In this document: positions 1 through 11,420 of the stretch, piece after piece
Position numbering within the stretch: the stretch's first letter is position 1
Layout of the letters: each line of letters begins with the position of its first letter
Source: Amphiscolops sp. MND2022
Lineage: Eukaryota
Assembly: GCA_964187785.1 (NCBI GenBank)
Contig: OZ076420.1
Coordinates: 25,482,001-25,546,000, forward strand
Reading direction: 5' to 3'
Length of the DNA stretch: 64,000 bases
The notes under the pieces: model-generated
The model's database searches: none
Told to the model about the DNA's origin: nothing
The model's input: only the letters and a program-made list of their open reading frames with translations
Position numbers and translations under genes: made by a program

Positions 1-1370
1 TTTTCTTGATTTTCCTGTTGCTCACTTCGCCCATCTCACGTTTGACAATCAAAGTGTTTATGAAAGTCTTGAATTTCCTCTTTCTGTTAGACCATACGCA
101 AAGCATACCCCTCAACTTCCATTTCCTTACAAACGATTCCCTCATCCTCCATCGTTTCAGTATTTACTCACCATATTGGTAACCCTCCTTCAAATTTAGG
201 TCCCCTCCTCCGCCTTCTTCACAACAACCCATTACTACTCGACCTTCAAATTCCTATTCACCACAACACTATAAGACTCATATCTTACACTCCTCCTCCA
301 ACAACTCCTATTACTACTCAACCTTCTATCTCCCATATTCATCAAGCTCTTCATCCAATTCCTATTTCTTTCCATAATACCATCACTACTCAACCCCAAC
401 CTCAATCTTCTCAAACATACGTTTTCCAAGTCTTTCGTCTTCTAATCGAAACGGCTCGTACAATGAATACCCATTAACTGTAAACCTCAAATGTAATGAA
501 ATGTTTACTCTTGGACTCCCAATTTGCTAACAAACGCCAAATCAAACAAATTTCTAAGTCACTTGAACCCTCCATTCTTTTCCATTCTCTCGTCAATATG
601 GTTCACTCTGAAGACATTACTCTTGGTAAAATTACCAACTTAGTAAATCACAAGAATTCAATACTCTCTCGGGCACCTTTCAACTGAATCTCCACAACTA
701 CATGCAGAAGATCCTAATATTAAAAATATTAAATCTAAACCTTAAAAGTATTGCTCTTTTTGGCATAAAAACAATCATTTCGTTTCCACCAGTTATCGTA
801 CCCTTAATATGCCTAAGGAATCTAAACCCCAATCAAAGTCAATCACTCCCTCTCTCGATCAACACTTTAGAGCACCAAAAAACAAATATAGGACTCAAAC
901 ACCTCCGTCGTTATTGTAGTCGACGTAATGGTAACCATTGTCAAAAATCGTCCCGAGAATCTCTAGAGAAATATCGTTCCCACTCTCGCTCAAACTCTTG
1001 TTCAAACTTTTATAATAGACACTCTCTTTATAATCTAGCTTCATTATGATCGCAATCGATCTCGCTGTGATCAATACTATAGAAAATCTCCTTCATGAAC
1101 GTATTATCTTTCTCGTCCATAATACAACCCTATATGATTAAATATTGCCCTATGAATATTTTTAAAAATTACCTCGGTTCTCGTGAACGCTCGTCTAGAT
1201 ATAATACCTCATGTTTTAGACAATATAAAGCACCATATCGTTCACCCTCTAAACAACGTACTGATCGTTGTCGAAGTCGATCACACTCACAACCTAACCA
1301 CGCTCTAATTAACCCTACCAACCCACTATTATTCTGACTCAGCAACCCACTTCCGCATTGCTCATTGCTC
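1..1370 (+). pseudogene. gag: gag-like region ending in an Arg/Ser-rich basic tail
   Basis: Lies upstream of the protease. A Pro-rich segment is followed by ORF 496-687 and then RS-rich fragments (RYRSHSRSNS, RSRSHSQP). No canonical zinc knuckle seen. Confidence 0.45.
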
Positions 1371-1374
1371 AATT

Positions 1375-1555
1375 CTAATGTTAGACCTAATTGAACACTT
1401 ACTCCAAACTTGTAGCTCCAATAACCTTGAAATCGCTCCTGAAAAATCGGTTTAGTTTCTCCTTACTCTCAAATTGTTCGGACATGTAATTGGCAACAAC
1501 ACTATAAAACGCATCTCCTCTAACATTGATGGAATAAACAACTTACAAACTCATA
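1375..1555 (+). pseudogene. Displaced reverse transcriptase fragment
   Basis: Translates MLDLIEHLLQTCSSNNLEIAPEKS..LKLFGHVIGNNTIKRISSNIDGI, paralleling 3270-3450 (MLDLCEQLHQSCISNNFKIAPEKAF..VKFLG). Confidence 0.7.
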
Positions 1556-1590
1556 ATTAACCCTCTGCAGAACCTACATTTGAAATAATT

Positions 1591-2034
1591 TTGTATCAGT
1601 TAACCACTTTTCATCATATGACATCTTCCACACTCACAAACAATCATGCTAATTCTATTACTGCTTCTACGTGGTTTGTCGACCTATACAACTTCAAGCC
1701 ACTGGAAGACTCCACTTTATCTTCTAAACTAAAACTTTATTTTCTGCAAGATAGCGGCGCTTTTATTGGTGTTTTGAACTTTCCCACATCCACAAAATCA
1801 GCTGACGAATTTCTCAAAAGTTTGAAATCTACTCCTTCCAAAACCGATTTTAAAACGCTCAGAGTAACAAATAAAGCTGAAGTACCTATAGTTTTCAATA
1901 TCATCCTGACATTACATACTTCTATTCATGGAAGTACTCGCACTATAGTTATCCAGTTTGCAGTAGCAATTATAAATTGGGACTCTTTTGGGCAAATAAT
2001 ATTCTTGGGACTCTTTTCGTTAATAAATATTTAA
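1591..2034 (+). pseudogene. pol: Retroviral-type aspartic protease
   Basis: ORF contains LYFLQDSGAFIGVLN (D-S-G-A active-site motif) at the expected position after gag. Confidence 0.8.
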
Positions 2035-2699
2035 AATTCTCACTTTTGAACAAAATTCACTCACATGAAAAACACCACAAGAATCTCATGTCACACTTAT
2101 TCTTTTGACCGCTCGTAAAGAGAATGATTACCCAAATTTCTCTCACCTCTGCACATAAAAAATTTTCAGAAAAACATATTTAAAACCTACCTCTTCACAA
2201 GTCATCGATTTTCTAATTAAACCCAGTCTTCCTCCAGTTTTCGCAAACTACGAAATTGAAATTATGTTTCTTTCAACGCCACATCCATATTTCAATACCC
2301 GTTTTACCTCTATTTTTAATTTTCTCCAAGAGTATCAAAACGCTAAAACTGAACCTTACAGTTGCTCTGTCATAATTCAGAACTCTTTACTCCGCAATTT
2401 TCTCGCCAGGATAGATTGTCTATTTTGAAATTCCTGTTACCATTATTGAAACACTTCACTATGAAGTTAGTGATGTCAACTCTATCATCAACACTACTTT
2501 TCATTCATATTATCCAGTTCTCTCAGATCCCAAACCTCCATTTTGTCGCTCCTCTTTTCAAAAACCTCTATTTAGGTTACCACCTTACAACCCTCTCAAG
2601 TTATAAACCACCTTCTTCGTTCTTCACCATTTTCACCAGACACTCGACATTTTCTTAATAAATTCAAGTTTCAGTATTCTGATGTCCTTGATGACGAAA

Positions 2700-3560
2700 A
2701 CTAAAAACTCTGCTCCATTTTGGTTAAATATCAACATTGTTATGATCACTTCGTATTGATGTTGGTAAAGTAGCTACACTTTTTCGAATTCGCCTCAAAC
2801 CTAATGCTAAACTTCATACTCAAAGACCCATCAAGGTACACTTCCATTGCAGAAAAAACTTAAAAAATACTCGATGAGTTAGAAACCCACAACATAATTA
2901 GAAAAATTGGTTCTACTCCCCCAGATAAACCCTTCTATGGTACTACTTTTTTGAACACACTCAAAATAATCCCTAAGGGAGATACTCTTAAATGCGTCTC
3001 AGATGTAAGACACTTAAACTCTAACAACGATCAATATTTTGAATCTTGGACTATTGAACTTCTAACTCCTCAAATCGCAGGAGCTAACAGAAATTTAATT
3101 CTGCAATTGATCTCATGTTCGCTTATGCACATGCCTCTTTAGATGAAGAAACTATTACTCTCACCAGTTTTTCATCTGGAGATGAGTTTTGTGCCTTCGC
3201 TCAATGTTTTTACGGTCCTAAAATACTCCCGAATTTTTTCACCAAACAAACGTGTTGCTCATACTGAAACTCCTATGTTAGACTTATGTGAACAGTTACA
3301 CCAGAGTTGTATCTCCAATAACTTTAAAATCGCTCCTGAAAAAGCATTTCATATTCTCCTACCTGTCAAATTCCTCGGACGGACATGGAATTGGCAACAA
3401 CATAATTAAACCCATCTCCGCTAAAATTGATGGAATACATAAATTATAAACTCCCACCTCTAAAACCGAATTATTGCGATTTATTGGAATTTTTAAATTT
3501 TACTCCAAATTTAACAACAAACTCCACATTTCATTGAAACCATTTACACTTTTCTACATG
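2700..3560 (+). pseudogene. pol: Reverse transcriptase (frameshifted, stops)
   Basis: Fragments LNTLKIIPKGDTLKCVSDVRHLNS, DEETITLTSFSSG and KIAPEKAFHILLPVKFLG match Gypsy RT blocks. Confidence 0.85.
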
Positions 3561-3639
3561 AAAGTTTTTCTTTTGAATGATTTCCTGAAGTAGATAACTC
3601 TTTAATGTTAATAAAACTGCCGTCTCAAAAGATACTGAA

Positions 3640-4060
3640 CTCGCAATCCCTAAAGCCACTCATTTTTTATATAATAATGTTGACGCTTCTCTTATTGTTC
3701 TCGTTGCAACATTTTTCCAACCCACCACCGATAACAAACTGCCGTTTATATCTTATAACTCTCGTGTTTTAACAACTCAAAGACAAAAACTTTCTACATA
3801 TGATCGAGCACTTTATGCTATAACTTTCGCCCTTTCTGACTTTGAATTTGTTATTATCGGCTCCAAACTCCCAATGAATATTTTTACAGATAACAACCCT
3901 CTTCTTTTTTCTTCCTCGAACATGATACATGACACCAAGACAATAAAAATGCTCAAATGGTATTAACAAACTTCTCAAATCTTCGGATTATTCACACTGC
4001 AGGTACTAGTCTAACTGTTAGTGATACGCTCAGTCGGGATTTTACAACTATTACAAATAA
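3640..4060 (+). pseudogene. pol: RNase H
   Basis: VDAS; ISYNSRVLTTQRQKLSTYDRALYAITFAL; IFTDN; IIHTAGTSLTVSDTLSR. Confidence 0.85.
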
Positions 4061-4949
4061 AACTTGTCAAATACAACTCACGAAGCTTCCACCACATATT
4101 GACTTTATTTTACTCAATCTTAATAACTCTTCCGAAAAAAATCAACTATTTAGTTAAACATGAAGATGTGTTACACGCAAAAAATTATTCACACCCAAAT
4201 CTAGTTGATTATGGTGAGGCCCAGTTCAGACTCCGCTTTCAAGATAATACTGTCACATACACTCCTCTTGATTCTTTTTCATTTCAATCCGTATGCTCCT
4301 TTTTGACTATATATAATAAACCTATTGAAAACGAAGTCAAAACATTACTCCAAAAAAACACTCTTTCAAATGAAACTGACTCGTATTAAAATGATGACCC
4401 AGTTACTAAAAGGTTTCGTCAACAAATTTCACACCCAACTCAAACGTCACATACTAATAATTCTCGTTTTTTTCTGAACTTCAATACCAACACTTTAATG
4501 ATTATCATCTTCCCGGAGACCTTCTAACAAATTAGACAAATTCTTGAAACCTAAATCCTGACAAATCTCTTCACACTAAAGCCATAACGCAAACTTCTGA
4601 TAAACACACCTCTACTCAATCATTGCCACTTTTTGACCCATCTTTTTTCGCTCATTGTAAAGCTTTTGAAACTCTTCCTCATAATACTTCCACGCAATAC
4701 CTTTTTAACAAAACCCACCCGAACTTAAAGCTCAAAAAGATGTAGCTGTTCTCTCCACTGTTTATACATGGTTAAAAAAACAACAAAACCATACACTTCA
4801 ACTGCAAGTAATAAAGCTAACTCTTTTTTTTACACGTACTACAAAAAATTTCACCGTTTATACAAAAACCGAAATTCACATCTCATCCATTACTGAACAC
4901 CTAACTCCCGTATATTTGAATCTTTGACTACCCAACCCTCTATTAACCA

Positions 4950-6110
4950 AACTCGCATTTGTTTACCATTGAGACACTTCTTTGCTGCTTTTGACAAAAC
5001 TCGTTCACAAGGCTACTCCCGTGAATAACTCTCCAATAAAACGTTTAAGCAATATTTCTATTTTCCACACATACCCATATAGTTTGCTATCTTCATTCAT
5101 GACTGAATTGAATGTCAAACAAACAAACAGTTCCCTATCAAACCAAATAATGTTCTTCTCCTCTACCAGTATACGAAAACGCCCCTCATTTTAATTATCG
5201 AATCTCAATCGACACAAAAGGACCTAAAACCCCTTCTTCACATTATAACTCCTACGTTTTGTTATAGTTGACGCTTTTAGGTATTTTGTAGTTACTAACC
5301 CAGCACCTCATATTTCTTTTAACTTAGCTATTCAAACACTCCTCAATCACTGGATTACTAAGTGTGCCCCCTCAATATCTCGTAACTGATCGAGGTACTG
5401 AATATACTAATCAAGATATGGCATTTCTTTGCTCTCTTTAATAAAACTCCTTCTCCACGTACTCCATTTTCTTCTCAGACAAATGGTTTAGTTGAAGCCC
5501 AGAGTTGTAACCTTGGAACTCATCTACGACTATTTTCACAAAATCATCCAACGAATTGTTCATTCCAAACCCAAGTGTATGCATACGCTCATAATACTAC
5601 TCCTCTTTATCAACCTGAACATTCTCCAAATGAAATTGTTTTTCATACACGCCCTTGTACCCCATTAACTTTTTCTCTTAACTTGATACGTAATTCTTCC
5701 AAAGAATGTATTGCCACAAACGGTGATTCACTTCAACCCCATACAAAACATAATGAAAAAAGTCTCAATCATTCTTTCACTCGCTCATTAAGAAACACTT
5801 TTCGTCATGGCTTTTATCAGCTGAAAAAGCAATGTTAGAAGTGTATTCCAACGTCATATAACTAACAATATAAAGTCACCAAACTCTACATTTGAAACAA
5901 CTCATTTGAATTAACTCCCGATTTGTATATTTAATATTCGCACTAACCTTAAACATCTCAAATTCTCAAATAAACGTAAGCCCCTCCGTCTTGGCCAATA
6001 TAAAATTCTTCAACATCTCCCAGGTGTTTCATTTGAACTCATGGCTCAAGATTACTCTACCTTTCATAATCATCAAAACCATGTTCTACCATATAATCCT
6101 AAAGAATCGG
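4950..6110 (+). pseudogene. pol: Integrase with GPY/F-like C-terminal module
   Basis: ISIDTKGP, VIVDAF, YLVTDRGTEYTN, SQTNGLVEAQ, YAYAHNT, then LGQYKIL...HQNHVLPY. Confidence 0.85.
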
Positions 6111-8189
6111 TAATTGTCCAATTTCTCCGTGAGTACAATTCTACTCCTCCACTTCCTAACAACCCTAACAATCTCACTCGATTCAATACAATCAAGAAAT
6201 ACAATTTGAATCTTTTAACCCAAATACTCCTTTTAAAACCATTGCTCAACCCCAAACCACTTTACCTTCCCCTTATACTTATCAAAACCTCCTCGACTAA
6301 AATCCTCTCAATGATACTCTAGATAATACATTTGACTCCAAATACTCCGATTTTGAAATCTTCAAAGTTCTGTTTATCCACATGTTCTAGTACTCCCTCA
6401 TACTTCTCCCAATTTTATCCGCATGTTGCTGAATCTCCCAACGATCCTTTTGAAGCTACATCTGAACTTCAAACTTTAGCCACTCATATTAGAACTCCTC
6501 ATTCACCCTATAAGTTACGTCCCTTTTCACGAAAAGATAATTATACCTCAAAACCCAATACTAGCTTGCCCCTTAACTCCGTATTTACCCTTTATTTACA
6601 TTAGCTTCGTATAGTCTACTTGCCTTGTCTCTTGTCTTGGCACCTCTTTATGTCTGACTTCTGACCTTCAAAATCTATTGATTAGCCCTTCCTTTATCTA
6701 CCTTCGGCTCATTTTTTCAACTTTCTTCTGTAAATGAAAAAACAAATGAAGAAGCACTTCTAGTCAACAACATTTTGAAATCTCGCACTAAAACACCTGA
6801 AATTTCCGTTTCCATCCTGGATCCTCATGTTCTTTTATCCTCTAGCTCAAAAGACTCTAACTAATCTGTTTCTTCCTCGGTTTCCACAAATACTAATAAC
6901 TCTTTTCAAACCTCTTCTTCAACATTACACCGTCCTCCTCCAAACCCTATACCTATTGTTCCTTCTTTAGACACCCTTTCTGCAAGTACTCTTCAACATA
7001 CCTCCAAAACCACTCATATCCCAAAAGTAACACCCCATAACTCTTCCTACCTCTTTTTGGCACTGAATTTCCCTTAACTCGTTTTGATATATTACCAGCT
7101 CCTTCCCCCCCACCCTCTCCTCTATATTCCTAGTGATGTAGACCAAGCACTCCTCAGAAATATAAATATACCTTACCTCGCAAATCAATCTTAATCCCTA
7201 CTCCAATCAAGGTCGTCGTAGACACTCTCTTTTTGACCCACCGCCTCCGAAACTTTTTGAACACACTCAAATTGAAACTTCGCTTCTACCTCCCAAACAT
7301 TAAATAATCCCTGTTCTTGAATCTTTTGACACTCTTAGTGAATAATACGCCTTAAGCGACATTGACTCTACAACGTTTTCTTTCGTTTATCCTCGTCTTC
7401 CTCTTTTGATGCCGTCTATAAACACACAACTTCTTCTTTAGATAATCTCTTGGAAAGCTCTTCTGAATTCACAATTCGAAAACCTTCGGTGTAACCTTCG
7501 GTAAAATCGTAACTCTACGCCTTCTCTAGCCAGCACTAACTCCTCTTTATTACGAGATCACGCTCAGTCTCTTTCTTCTGATCCTCTTTCATCTCACAAA
7601 AATATCCGAACTTCTGGTGTAGACATTGCTTTTTCACAACGCTCATCCATCTCTTCTTCCAATGCTACCGGAAAACTTTTTTTCCCAATTAACTTCTCTA
7701 AAGCCTAGTTTTCTTTCGTCTGGCAGTCATCTCCAAAACATTGACCTTTCCACCGATCAATACTCTACTCACTCTACACCTAATCGTGTTGATTTTTCTT
7801 CAATTGTAAATGATACTCTTGTTAATCATTCTCGTCAAATTCCTCAAGTTTCATATCTTGCTACTAATAAAATGAATTCTTATGCTCATTAGTCAGACGA
7901 AGTTGTCAAAAACATTTCAAAGACTAGAAACTGCTGTTCTAAATATCAAATTTGAAAAAAAACTAATTTTTAGCTAAACAGCTGAAAACTGATGTTAGTC
8001 CGATTCCTTCTCATACCACTGTTAAATTTAAATCATTACCTTATCCCTTTGTACTACCAACTGTAATCTCTTTGTTAGTGATCATCCTTTGTTTCGTCTT
8101 CTTCACAGTTGTATCACTTCCCTCAATACACTCACAGTTTTAAAACATACCGCCCAATTTTAACCTCTTTCCTCATTAGATCTCATTAT

Positions 8190-10200
8190 CAACATTCTTT
8201 TTTCCTCAAATATTGCTCAAATACTTCGTCCTATCCATTGTTTCTATAGACTTATCGACTATCCTACTTATCTAATCGAACTGAATGATCACCACAATTC
8301 TGACCTTTCAGTTCGTCACTATGACTGTTCCGAACAACATAACCTCCGTTAATTTTGTTTGCCTGAGTACAACCCTGTGCTGAAGCTGCTTCCTATCTCT
8401 AGAAAGCACTCGTGCTATCGCTAATGTTTTTGTCCGCGCTAAAGCCAAACGCCTCAAAGCATGGACCTGCGAAGCCTACGTTGAACGTGAAAAACTTGTT
8501 TGAGCTCAATCCGAATGTTACGCCGTCATTATCGTACTGATTATCATCAGAACACCATGGAAAGTTCTCGTACTTTAGACCCCACAGAATGCAAACATGC
8601 CGTTAGTCATTAATTCCAATCTCAAACTTAATGCTTTTGATTATTTAAACTCTTTCACCTTCTTTGATGATACTCAAAAACAACGCCTCCTTTTTGTACA
8701 ACGTAACTCAACACTTTTCATAATGTTTTCATGGCGATTTTGCTTGGATTGCAAACTATCAACTTGTTTTAAACGCAACTTAAACGCAACTTAAACGCAA
8801 AAAGCTGTTTGTTGGGACAGGCATGAATATCTAATTAAAAAAGACAGTGGGTCTTTAATTGTTAAAGAAATTGAAAGAACCAATGATGATAAAGATAACA
8901 CTTTATTCTATCATGGACACACTTTACCCTGTTTCCGCGATGACGGTTTGTGCAAAGCCACTATTTCAACAGAATTTACCATCGTTTGGCTCCCTGAAGA
9001 AGTTTTTTTAATTCTCTTAATTCTTTCCTTTATTGGACGTATGTCTAAACTCATTATTCGTTATTGTCTAGGAACACTTCAATCACAATAACTCTCACCT
9101 TCCTCTTGAAACACCATATCATAACTGCAAATCTCAATCTCGTTTTTCTCGTTTTGACATCTTACCCGAAAAAAAGCGTTTTGCAATAAACATACACCTT
9201 TATTTACTACCCAATACCCTGATTGCTTTATTACATATAATTAAGGCTTTCAGCTTCACACTAGTAAACGTAATCCTCGTCAATTATCTGGAGATGAACA
9301 ATAAGATAGACTCTCTACTCAACTTGTTTCCGGTGAACTAGTCCATACCTAAAACAAAATCCTTTTTCCTGCTCTAAAATCCTCAAACAATTCTTGCTAC
9401 TAATGACTACGAAGTTCATATTACTGAGATCGAATATTATATTTTTCATGTTATTGAAACTATATCAGTTGCTGAACCTAACACTCTCCTCACTATTTCT
9501 GAAGTTGAACAAACTCCACTCTTAACAATCCTCCCAATGTCTGTTAAAATTCCACAACTTGCTGGTTTTCTCCTAACTCAAAATTGTAGTAACTTGTTTA
9601 ATGTCGAAGGCTCAACTGCCTGGCTCTATGATTGCTCTCATCATCTCTCTCTATATATCTACCATGTCCATTATCTCCTCTTTGTCTTTGCCTCTTTCGC
9701 TAACATCTGTCACTCACGAACTTCCTAACAACGTTTATGACCCAACTACTTTTGAAAAAGTTCCTAATCCTGATCCTACATTACCTGAAATCAAACCTCG
9801 TTTTTTTACTCAAACTACTACAGTATATACTCAACCTCTTTCTTAAACTCTCAAAAACAGTCATTCACCTACTCCTCCAGCCTACAATCTTCAAGTCACA
9901 ATTGATAATTACACCATTCCTCCAAAGAAAATATTAAATTTTTTTTAGAAGATTCTGTTTTTATTGAATCTAGTATACTGCCTTCCACTTTGCACCATCT
10001 TAAAACTCCCTCTCAATCTAATACTATGACTGATGAATTTCTTCGCACTCATCCAAATTTTAAACAAACTTCTTTTCTTTATATATGACTCCTACTACTT
10101 ACAAATTTCGTTTTCCAGGTCGTAATTTTGATCATTTTGTTGCACATACCTCCAAAGAATTTGAACAACTCTCTTTCTAGCAAACTAAACGTATACGCTT
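8190..10200 (+). pseudogene. env: env-like glycoprotein remnant, class III fusion (herpes gB / chuvirus G-like) pattern
   Basis: A hydrophobic leader precedes RHYDCSEQHNLR..VQPC..AKRLKAWTCEAYVEREKLV*AQ..TLDPTECKHAV, then LPCFRDDGLCKATISTEFTIVWLPEE and AGFLLTQNCSNLFNVEGSTAWLYDC. The Cys spacing resembles chuvirus-like G proteins as I recall them. Confidence 0.6.
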
Positions 10201-10399
10201 TTTCCAATTCCAATGTAATTTCTTGAAACCCACTCAACATGATCTTGATACAAACCCTAATGTTATAACCACCTCTCCTTCTGTAAAGAAAACTCGATCA
10301 TCAAACCCATCATCTCTTTTTAGAACAGGAACATTTTCAAAGTTTTATTTTCCAAAGTCACAAATTTACTTCACCTCTCTTTTATTACTTTCGCTATTC

Positions 10400-11420
10400 T
10401 TTAAATCACCTTTATACTATCGGTATCATTCGTAACTATGACATTGTAAAACAATATTATAACATTGCTTCATACCATGATCCCACTCGTCCTCTTTTTG
10501 TTCCTCAAGAAGCCCGGAGTCTTAACGATGACTTTCTACTTGGTACTCATATTCCTAACAGTGTTGATAACTGCGTCCGACGAATGAATGAACTTGTTGA
10601 AACTCCATTTTATGACCCCTCTCGGTCTCTCTGCACACTTCACTTGTACATACACAATACTCCATCGCACAACTGACCTTAATAATTTTTAAACTCTACT
10701 TCTTTGTTCTGAAATAAAAACTAAACAATTTCTTTCCTACCTCCACTAATATCCCAGAAGAAAGTATTATTGCTCTGCTTAAACTAATACTTTCATCCTT
10801 TTCAACAATTGACACTTCTCAAATTCCTAATATCTTTTATTCCACCTCCTACTTCCTCATATGTTCTTCAAACTAAAAATCCTAATGTCTGTATTAACTC
10901 CTTCCAATGTTGACTGTTGAACTTTTCCAAAATTCTCAAACTTCTCCGTCCACATGTCGAAATAGCCTTGATTCTTTTGTTGTTCTCCATCATATATTTG
11001 ATTTCTATAGAACTCATCAAAAACTTCTCCAACTTCATTCAAATGACAACCATACTCTCACCATTTTTACTCTCCACGATAATGACTCTTTAGGATACGT
11101 ATGCCGCAAAAATGGAAGAATTTATCAAACAAATTTTTCCTACCTCCACTAATATCCCAGAGGAAATTATTATTGTTCTGCTTAAACTAATACTTTCATC
11201 CTCTTCAACAATTGACACTTCTCAAATTCCTATTATATCTTTTATTCCACCTCCTACTTCCTCATATGTTCTTCAAACTGTAAATGTAAAGTGTAAACTG
11301 TAAACTTCAAGTGTAAAGTGTCTTTTCCGTGAAACGAGAGCGAACCGTATTCTAGTCAAACAGTGCATCGTGTTCATCGCGGATTGTGATGCACAGTGTA
11401 ATCAGAAATTGCGGATTGTT
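10400..11420 (+). pseudogene. Extra 3' ORF of element A, unknown function (second copy 12030-12900)
   Basis: IGIIRNYDIVKQYYNIASYHDPTRPLFVPQE...RMNELVETPFYDPSRS is repeated as ORF 12018-12281. The C-terminal FIIKCKVYFP..NRILVKQCIVFIADCDAQCNQKLRIV is also found at 47417-47602 (-). Confidence 0.55.

Noticed and set aside
235-7188. Minus-strand ORFs such as 235-429, 1169-1372, 6073-6255 and 6967-7188
   Set aside because: Shadow frames opened by the compositional skew of element A; no motifs.
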